This document shows, in pieces, positions 53,601-64,000 of a DNA stretch of 64,000 nt (its first letter is position 1; each line of letters begins with the position of its first letter). Position numbers and translations under genes: made by a program. Origin of the DNA: the human T2T-CHM13v2.0 reference genome, Homo sapiens; assembly GCF_009914755.1 (NCBI RefSeq), contig NC_060927.1. The stretch is one strand, 5' to 3'. Below the pieces are notes generated by a model. It had not been told where the DNA came from and did not search any database. It saw only the letters and a program-made list of their open reading frames with translations.

Positions 53601-55150
53601 TCCCATTTGGAATTGTTGTATTTACCCAATGTCTGTACCACTGTATTTAGGAAATAACTAACTTGCTTTTGATTTTACAGGCTCATAGGCAGAAGGGACT
53701 TGCCTTGTAATAGATGAGATGTTGGATTTGGACTTTTGAGTTCATGCTGGCATAAGTTAGGACTTTGGGCGACTATTTGAAGGGCATGATTGTGTTTTTA
53801 AATGTGAGGACATTAGATGTGGGTGGTGCCAGGGGTGGAATAATATGGTTGGGCTGTGTCCTTACCTAAATCTCATCTTGAATTGTTATTCCCATAATCT
53901 CTACATGTCGTGGGATGGACCTGGTGGGAGGTAACTGAATCATGGAGTGGTTTGCCCCTTGCTATTCTCATGATAGTGAATAAGTTCTCACAAGATCTGA
54001 TAATTTTATAAGGGGCTTCCCCCTTTGCTCGACTCTCATTCTCTTTCCTGCCACCATGTAAAGAAAGACATGTTTGCTTCCCTTTCCACCATGATTGCAA
54101 GTTTCCTGAGGCCTCCCCAGACATGCTGATCTGTGAGTTAATTAAACCTCTTTCCTTTATAAGTCGCCTCAGGTATGTCTTTATTAGCAGCATAAGAACG
54201 GACTAATACATGTGTTGTCAGTGGTAATATCCCTCTTGTCATTTTTGGCTGAGAACCCAGAAATAAAGTCACAAATCTATGACTATCTGATTTTTGACAA
54301 AACTGACAAAAGCAAGCAATGGGAAAATAATTCCCTATTTAATAATTGGTACTGGAATAACTGGCTAGCCAGATGTAGAATATTGAAATTGGATCTCTTC
54401 CTTACATCATATACTAAAGTTTACTCAAGATGAATGAAAGACTTAAATGTAAAGCCCAAAAGTATAAAAACTCTGGAAGACAACCTAGGCAATACAATTC
54501 TGGGCATTGGAATGGGCAAATATTTCACAGGAATAGACAAAGGCACCAAAAGCGATTGGAACAAAATTAAAAAAATGACAAAACCAATCTAATTAAACTA
54601 AAGAGATTCTGTACAGCAAAGGAAACTAGAAACAGAATGAATGGACAACCTACAAAATGAGAGAAAATTTTTGTAAACATTGCATCTGACCAAGGTCTAA
54701 TATCCAGCATCTATAAGAAACCTAAGCAAATTAACAAGAAAAAAAAAAAAAAGCAACTTCATTAAAAAGTGGGCAAGGGAGAGGAACCCAAGCAAATTAA
54801 CAAGAAAAAAAAAAAACTTCATTAAAAAGTGGGCAAGGGACAAGAACAGACACTTTTCAAAAGAAGACATACATGCAGCCAACAAGTTAGGAATAGAAAA
54901 ACAAATATCGCATATTCTCACTTATAAGTGGGAGCTAAATGATGAGAATATATGGACACATAGAGGGAAATAACGGACACTGGGGCTTAATTGAGGGTGG
55001 AGGGTGGGATGTGGGAGAGGATCAGGAAAAATAACTAATGGGCATGAGGCTTAATACCTGGATGATGAAATAATCTGTGCAACAAACTTCCATGACACAT
55101 TTACCTATGAAACAAAGCTGCACATGTACCCCTGAACTTAAAAGTTAAAT
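50668..55150 (+). mobile_element. L1PA13-16-like LINE-1 with twin-priming inversion, interrupted by THE1
   Basis: Inverted ORF2 segment at 50668-~54247 (minus) and forward segment from gagaacccagaaataaag (~54251) to the 3'UTR. The outer end of the inverted part is contiguous in L1 with the start of the forward part. Confidence 0.85.
52158..54210 (+). mobile_element. THE1C/D MaLR element with both LTRs
   Basis: LTRs at 52158-52536 and 53841-54210 both end in ctaataca. The internal region starts gtaaattggtacc and ends with PPT aggggtggaa. The 5-bp TSD is tgtgg/tgtgt. Confidence 0.93.
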
Positions 55151-55549
55151 CAAAATATATAAAGCTGATTTTTCAAGAAAAGAATCTTTTGTCTTAATTT
55201 GAGATCTTGCTATTTATCTCATAATAGCAGGCATTTAGTTTTAATTTCTTCAATTTTTAGACTTGTAGTTTCCTTCAATTCACCTACCATGAATATGTAA
55301 GTATTTTGTTTTATCTAATCACAGATTATTTTACGTTATTTTCATTGTTGTTTTACAACTATTTCACTAATGACCTTTTCCAATAACTCCATAGCCTCAT
55401 TTTCATATTTCTCCATCTCTGATTTTACCATTTTTCTGGTGTACTCCTCTATTACCTTATTTAAACAGTCTCTTTGCCTCACCAGAAATTACATATCATT
55501 CCCTAATAACCTTTTCACTGGCTATAATATACTTAATGTCCTCACATCT

Positions 55550-56850
55550 TGCCATGTACAGTTTATGTTCTGTGATCAAACACTGTAATCACTCCTTTGC
55601 AGGCACTATTAGCTATCTCAAAATATTTCCGTATATTCTTTTGGCTCACTCACTACTTTGGATTCTATCTCTACCATATTTGAAACCTATAGCTCATCTC
55701 GACTGAAAAAATAACTCAACAATTCCGACATGCTGCTAATCAAATTGATGATCACTAATTGGAACTGAATCCCCTTTAACACCACCTGTTACTTACACTA
55801 TATTTTTTTCTAGTTCAGTAATGCATTCATTCTCCCTAGATTCCATCCTTTCAATCATCTAAAGTCATCACTCTATTAATTATTATGTACTGAATTATCA
55901 TTCCCTTTTATTTATCAAATTCTCACCAGAATACAAACGTGCTTTTATTTCTCTCATCTTAAAACAAGCAAACAAACAAGAAAGCATCTTCTTGACTCTT
56001 TTTGTCTTTCCAACAGCCATATAATTTTCCTCCTTCCTTTTATGGTAACTCACCTTGAAAAACTGTCTTCCAATTTACTTTTAAATTCGCTTAGTGAATT
56101 CACTGATCTAATTCTCTCACCCCACACTCCATCAATATGCTCTTATTATTATTTCAGCAATGTCCTACACACTGTCAAATCCAAAGATCAATGTTCAATT
56201 CTAATTTACTTGATCTATCAGTCACATGTGACACTGATAATCCTGGTACTGTTGGGCTTTCTCCTTAGTTCAGCTAAAAGCTGGGTTCTTGTCATACGAC
56301 CATGAAAGATTAGGCTTGCAGACACTTTGAAGAATGAGAAGGACAGGTTTTATTGGGTGTAAAGGGAAAAAAAATAGGAAAACAAGAACTAGCAGCAAAG
56401 CGAGAGTTCTGCTAGTAGGCTTCCTAACTCACAGATAGAATCCCAGTTACCCCTCTGGAACAGGAGCCATCGGGCTCCTCCCTGCTGCAAATGGCACAAA
56501 CTTCCCAAGGCTCCACGCCAGCACACACTCCTACCAGTGCGCAGGCTGGTTGGAGGGTCTTTGGTGACCCCTTTATGCTTGGCTTTCTCAGTATCTTCCT
56601 TGAAACTTTTCCCACTTTTGGCTTCCAGGGCACCACACTTTCCCTGTCCTCTTCCTAATTCTCTGACTACTCTTTCTAAGTAAATTGTAAAGGATGTTTA
56701 TCATCTCAATGACCTAAAAATGTTGAGGGATCCCCAGCACTCAGTAATTGTACTTCTTACCTATCTACATTAGTTCACATAATGATGAGGTTTTAAATAC
56801 CATCTTCAGTTAAATGTAAATCTCCTAAAATCTAGATGCTATACTCAACA
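55550..56850 (+). mobile_element. L2, interrupted by MER61
   Basis: aaatccaaagatcaatgttcaattc... resumes after the LTR as cttccttgaaac...ttggcttccagggcaccacactt. Confidence 0.7.
56250..56590 (-). mobile_element. MER61-like ERV1 solo LTR
   Basis: tgttgggc...ttctca termini, a ccagtgcgcaggc motif and a 4-bp TSD gtac/gtat. Confidence 0.8.
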
Positions 56851-58316
56851 AAAACCATTCAGTGACCACGTTAAAAACAAGCAAGAGCATCTGTATCTTG
56901 AGATCAAACTTCTTAAGCAGCTTTACATTTTAATAAAGATATAGGCATCATCCTTAAAATGGTCAGTATCTACCTCATCCAATTTTAAGCATGTTAAGCT
57001 CTTTCTTCTCAGTTGAACATTGCAGCACATCCTATGTCAAGGCTCAAAATTGATTGTTTTTTTCTTTGTAGAATGCTCTTCCTTTCAGTCCCATAACAAA
57101 CTTGCACATTTGTTTTTGATGTTGCTTTTCTATAAGCTCATTAGCAGCAACTATGCCTGAAATCAGAACTCCTACCCTAACCAACATTTTCTTTTTCCCC
57201 ATATTTTCTTTATCTTTAGTCTCAAAATTAAATAAAACATATTTAATTTTCTTCTTAAACAATTTTAAAATTATTGATCACATTCCATATTTTTAATGTA
57301 AGATCCCAAAAGCCATAGCTTTTTGTTTTTAGCATCTCCAGTATGGAGAAGAATGCTTGGCAGGTAATGGTTATTATTGAAGGAAAGAATGAATAAATGA
57401 GTGATATTTTTCCCTCAGGCTGACTCTCATGGTTATAAGTTAGCTACGGCAGTTCCATGCATACACAGACACAACAATATCTGGAAGAAAAGGATAAATT
57501 TGTGCATATGCTTTGTACACAATATATCTGTTTATCTCTTTTGGAATTGAGAATTAACTTCCCTGAATTTTCTCAACAGACTCATGGGTTTCTGGCCACC
57601 ATTCCATTTGCATGACTGTATCTAAGTTAATTTTTACATTTTTTAAATTGTTGAGAAGATACCACTAAACATCCCTTCTGATAATTACAAAAAATTCAGA
57701 TCATAATAATTGACAGAAAATGGATAAGAAGTAGAAATATTTTAAATGGAAAAAAGCAAAACCTCTGGAAATAATTTGTAAAACATAGTAAAATTCTTTA
57801 GCGATATATAAACATTTGGAGAATTCCTCCATGATGCATAAATATTGCAATTACATTTTAATTAAAGTTTTCTGGGAGGCGTCAAATATTGTGTTTATTT
57901 ATCATATAGGTATTTTATATGGGTTACGAAACATTCTAAATACAAGTTTATTTTTAAGATGAAGCATATTTAAGATGAGTTGGGTGGCAGTAGAAAGTTT
58001 TCTTCTGCAGAGAGAAATATTTCCTTCTTGATATGATGTAGAATTGCAAATATGTAATGATGATAATATACAAACCACATTTTAGTTGGTTTTACTATTC
58101 CTCCTGTGTTCTCAGCTGGCAAGTCACTTCTTTCTTGTCTGTGCTTCTACTGCTACTCTCCCACCATTAGTACCTTCCTGAGTTATTGTGAAGACCTGGA
58201 GCCAATACATGAACAGTTGGCACATAGTAAGTGGGTCTTCAATAACTATTAGCTATTGTTATAAGGATAATTATGTTTAGGCAAAATTTATGTCAACCAA
58301 ATTGATCTTGGCCCAA

Positions 58317-58321
<5 letters not shown>

Positions 58322-58347
<26 letters not shown>
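58322..58347. repeat. (TG)n microsatellite
   Basis: Read directly. Confidence 0.95.
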
Positions 58348-60326
58348 CACGTGTCTGTGTGTGAGACTATATGTTATTTCTCTGGGGCCTATGATGTGGA
58401 CTTGGCAGAAGTAAAATTGATACATAAGTTAAAGAAATTATTAAGTTGCTATTCTGGAACAATTATTTTCTGAGCCTTTTTATTTTTCCAGATAACCATC
58501 TCTGAGTTAATTTCCCATGTGGAATATCTAATAACTGACCTGGAGCCTCCTTAGATTTGTGAAGAGTGACATGTCATTTCTTCCTCTTGCCTCTCTCTTC
58601 ACTTAGAATCCTAATTGGTAATGATGATGAAACAGAAGAGAAACACATTAAGAGAATCTTCTAATTTCATATGCAGTGCTGCTGAGTTCACTAGGATAGT
58701 GCCTATGTAGATATTTAGTTTGTAAAAACACATTCTCAATATGACAGCTAATGTAATATAATAGGTGAGAGATTTGTCCCTGGGGTAAGATGGATGCAGT
58801 TTTATGTCATGGTTCAATATTTGACTCAAATACCATGTGACCTTGAAAAATTTACATAATTTTTCTGAGCTTGTATCTTCAAAAAATGAATAAACAAAAT
58901 AAATAGCATATGAAAATAACTTGACAGAGTATATAGCACATAGTCAGTTTTCAACATATGTTAGTTTTCCTTAAAGTTTTTCACATTTTATGAAATTGCT
59001 CCTCTATGATTTTTTTTCTCAAACCGAATTTGGGTAAGTTTCACTCCACTCAGTGAACATAAAAAAAATTTGATGTTTATGGATCTGGGATATCTTCATG
59101 GAATCTGGGTTAAGATCTGCTTTTCAGTATATTTTGCTAAAAATACAACTGCAGTTAAAGACAATTTCAAGCAGACAAAATTGTGCGTCAAATATGTCAC
59201 CTTCTGATTGTACAGTTTGATTCAAGGCTAGATAGATAGATAACCTATTTATACCTAAAACACTTTTCCAGTAAATATTTCATCAGAACGTGAAGAGAAG
59301 AAAATTTGAGTATTTACTGATTAGTAGCTAATATGCTACTGTTCTGAATTGTTCATTGAGTACCAATTCAACTATTTATAAAAATATCCCTGTATCTGTC
59401 CTGCATTTCATTTCAAAAGGTGAAATAAACTATGAAATTGCAGTTTTCTTCAATGACATTCACAAAAAAGAAAGCAACTATATGTACTTTGGAGAGACTG
59501 AAGAATCAGGGGTTCATAACCCAACCTAGGTGCTGCCAGATATGCCCAAACCAATTTTTAAGCTATCACTGCACTAGTAAGCATATCAATACTTCTTACA
59601 GAATGAAAGAAAAATAAAAAATTGAGTCTTTTCAGTTTAGTAAGGTATAGTGATTTCTTATATATAACTCTGCTTTTCTCTGTTTGCATAGGGTCAAGAA
59701 CATGAAATAACACTTAGTAGCCAGGATCTACCCTGTGGAAAGAGTGTCAGGAGAAATTTTAGTAAAGTATTAATCACAGGTTTCTACATAAGAGCAGAAA
59801 GGATGCATAATAAAGAAGCATGAATTGTATTTCAGAAATAGTGTAGAACTATGAATTTTGGCCTGAAGATTTAGATGATCTTTATCCCCTGAGAATTTGT
59901 GGAGTGCTTTTTATTGATGAGACAGAATTGAAAGTGTTCATTAACTTGTGCAACACTGAAAATAGTACATGAATGGGGGAAGTGAGCACAATGTATCACT
60001 CTGGATAGTAATGAAAGTTAATATATGGCTTTGTGACACTGACTTACCAAGAATATCAAGTATCATTTCATTACAAATTTAAACTCTTCCTGCATTTCTC
60101 AATGGATCATATTCAATGACAAATGATCAATTCAGGTTACTATGGAGATTCCAGATTCTAGATTACATGAAAATCTGAAACTATCCATGCTCTATAACTG
60201 AACTATAAGGGGTTACTTGTAAATAAAAGTTGCATAATTAGGTATCTGATTTTCTTAGCACTTGCATTTTGGATATTTAAACTTGTGTAGCAATAAATAG
60301 AAGAGCAAAGAGATGATAGGTACATC

Positions 60327-60818
<492 letters not shown>

Positions 60819-60997
60819 GCCCTAGATGCATTTTTAGAATAATTTTAAGTTATTTGTCATAACTAAAATATTGAATATGTAGATTATATAGAAATTGATA
60901 ACAATTACTTATAACTAAATTTCATTGTGAAAAAAACATCTATTTCCAGACAATCCTGGCTTTCAGGACAATTGAGGTCAAATTAAAACCTAAGGTT

Positions 60998-61449
<452 letters not shown>

Positions 61450-61781
61450 TCATATCAAAGAAAAACTTTCCTTATATAATCTAAAGTAAAGAGATTCATC
61501 TTCTCTCTAGAATTACTAAGGGTGTATTAATGATCCACATAAAGGAATATCTAATAATTGGCCAAGTTTATGCACACTAACATATATTGCAAATAAGGTA
61601 ATCAATTTATCATATTTCATTGCTTTTATCTATTATTTAAAAGAATGCTATAGTATATACTTGTTTTTTTAATGGTTAAGAACATATATTTCAAGACTTA
61701 TTCATTATTTGATAATTATTTTGGCCCTTTGGGGAAGAATAATTCCTAGAATAGGAGAGTTAGCTGTTGAACATAGAGATT

Positions 61782-62084
61782 GGCCTGGCGCGGTGGCTCA
61801 CGCCTGTAATTTCGGCACTTTGGGAGGCTGAGGCGGGTGGATCACCTGAGGTCTGGAGTTTGAGACCAGCCTGGCCAACGTGGTAAAACTCCATCTCTAT
61901 TAAAAATACTAAAATCAGCCGGTCGTGGTGGCGTGTACCTGTAGTTTCGGCTACTCGGAGTGTGAGGCCCGAGAATCGCTTCAACCCAGGAGGCGGAGTT
62001 TACAGTGAGCCGAGATGGCGCCATTGCACGCCAGCCTAGGCGACAAGAGCGAAACTCCATCTCAAAAAATAAAAATAAAAAAAA
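61782..62084 (+). mobile_element. AluSp/Sq-like
   Basis: Full dimer with a gcgacaagagcgaaactcc end. Confidence 0.92.
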
Positions 62085-63392
62085 GGTTAGTGATAAATTG
62101 TATTAATGAGGAGTTCCTTAATTGAATCAATTCAAAACATAAATATTATAATTGAAATAAATTATGTCTGTTATATGGATTCAGAGAAGGGTTACCACTG
62201 GATTCTCTTACTAATCTGGATGCCAACTGGTTGATAAGTGAGTTAATAAAAAGTTTTTCCATTTTCTTTCTCTAATAATTCATTTTGAAAAAAGGATTCA
62301 CAAATACATAATTCAAGTCATTTCTGCCACACATCTTTATTATGTTTATTAAAAATTGATATTTGTAAATATATGCATATAAAACATATATAGTCTAGTT
62401 TGTGCTATTACATTTAGATAATCAAGATAACCTCTTAAGCCATATGTGTTCATTTATTTAACTTTTCTGTTAATGTGTTTTCTCAGTCATAATTATGTAT
62501 GTGTACACATTTACATTTATAGCTCAAAAAGTGGCATAGATTAAATTGACATAAATAGTCATTGCCTTCAGCTCATGGAAATATAACAAGAATTCTATCT
62601 GGGCTGACAGTCTGTTCCATAGCCAAATTGGGTATCATGTCAAATGTTTATCTTCTCATTTTAAATTGAGAGCTAGTGTTCTCTTTTTTCTAAAACAGAA
62701 TACATGCTAAAATCCACCTCAGCCTCCTCACATCAAGGATCATTTTCTCTTTGCATGACAACCTTATAATGTGGGGAGATGTCCCAAAGGAGATGAAAGA
62801 TTGAAAGACGGGAAATGATGCTCCAAGAAAATTTGATTTAGAATATATATAGTGAAAATAGAAGAGTGTAGAAAGTAGTTTGGAACTGAGAAATAGAGAA
62901 GAGTTTTAATTATTCTAGAAAATAAAAGGGAAATGTATTTATAGAAGATGCAGGATTTAAGCAAATTAAATATGCACAGATAAAATTCACTTTCAGATTT
63001 TATTAGGGAATCAGAGGATGAGGTGCTAGAACAACAATAACAAATACATAGATATCTATTATACTCATTTTACTGAAATAAGTAGAAAATAGGTGTGACC
63101 TACTGAAAAGAGCTAGTATGTGAAAATCATTCATGTGGATTATCATCCTAGTTTTATGATTCCTAGATATACATTTGAACAGTTTATTTTGGCAGTGCTG
63201 GTAGTGGTACTCATTGAACACTCGATACTTTCTAGGACAAAAGTACATGTTTTCTATAAACTCAAAAGTTCTTTCAGCTCTCAAATTTTAAAAAAGGTAA
63301 ATGGAAACATGCAACATAAAGGGACAAGAAAAGTGACTATGGTTTTTGTAAGTATTTATTGAAGACTATTGAGAGAATGAAAATCTACAAAT

Positions 63393-64000
63393 AATGCTCA
63401 TCATCATTGGCCATTAGAGAAATGCAAATCAAAACCATAATGAGATACCATCTCACACCAGTTAGAATGGCGATCATTAGGAAACAACAGGTGCTGGAGA
63501 GGATGTGGAGAAATAGGAACACTTTTACACTGTTGGTGGGACTGTAAACTGGTTCAACCATTGTGGAAGACAGTGTGGTGATTCCTCAGGGATCTAGAAC
63601 TAGAAATACCATTCGACCCAGCCATCCCATTACTGGGTATATACCCAAAGGATTATAAATCATGCTGCTATAAAGACACATGCACACGTATGTTTATTGC
63701 GGCACTATTCACAATAGCAAAGACCCGGAACCAACCCAAATGTCCAACAATGATAGACTGGATTAAGAAAATGTGGCACATATACACCATGGTATACTAT
63801 GTAGCCATAGAAAATGATGAGTTCATGTCCTTTGTAGGGATATGGATGAAACTGGAAACCATCATTCTCAGCAAAGTATCGCAAGGTCAAAAAACCAAAC
63901 ACTACATGTTCTCACTCATAGGTGGGAATTGAACAATGAGAACACTTGGACACAGGAAGGGGAACATCACACACTGGGGCCTGTTGTGGGGTGGAGGGAG
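63393..64000 (+). mobile_element. L1PA 3' fragment running off the window
   Basis: ORF2 C-terminus [19 protein letters not shown] followed by the 3'UTR. Confidence 0.95.

Noticed and set aside
58470-59830. Plus-strand acceptor-like sites near 58491 and 59691 with short open frames
   Set aside because: No convincing donors or recognisable peptide; not distinguishable from background.
63120-63362. Hydrophobic 80-aa ORF with splice-like signals
   Set aside because: No recognisable motif; consistent with chance in AT-rich DNA.

Overview
Human genomic DNA; the AluYa5 at ~61 kb with all five diagnostic positions is human-specific. The window is AT-rich and dominated by interspersed repeats, and I find no intact host protein-coding gene or RNA gene. 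The long ORFs in the track are LINE-1 ORF2 fragments, and most short ones are Alu, LTR or chance ORFs. Repeats include two LTR12 copies, an ERVK-type solo LTR, a near full-length L1PA6/7, three twin-primed (5'-inverted) L1s, a two-LTR THE1, Tigger1, Tigger3, MADE1, and many Alu, MIR and L2 copies. Four observations stand out. (1) A decayed minus-strand coding region with a signal-peptide-like start and several LRR-like motifs (~44.5 to ~38.9 kb), split by L1 insertions; it is a candidate unitary pseudogene of an LRR membrane protein, with further exon candidates downstream. (2) An old class III (ERVL-like) retroviral relic in permuted order env-PPT-LTR-PBS-gag-pol, carrying a gamma-type env immunosuppressive domain. 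(3) An inverted templated copy of local DNA inserted into Tigger1. (4) A small direct-plus-inverted repeat rearrangement at 30.7-31.0 kb. Subfamily names come from recalled consensus sequences, not from a database search, and boundaries of old elements are approximate.
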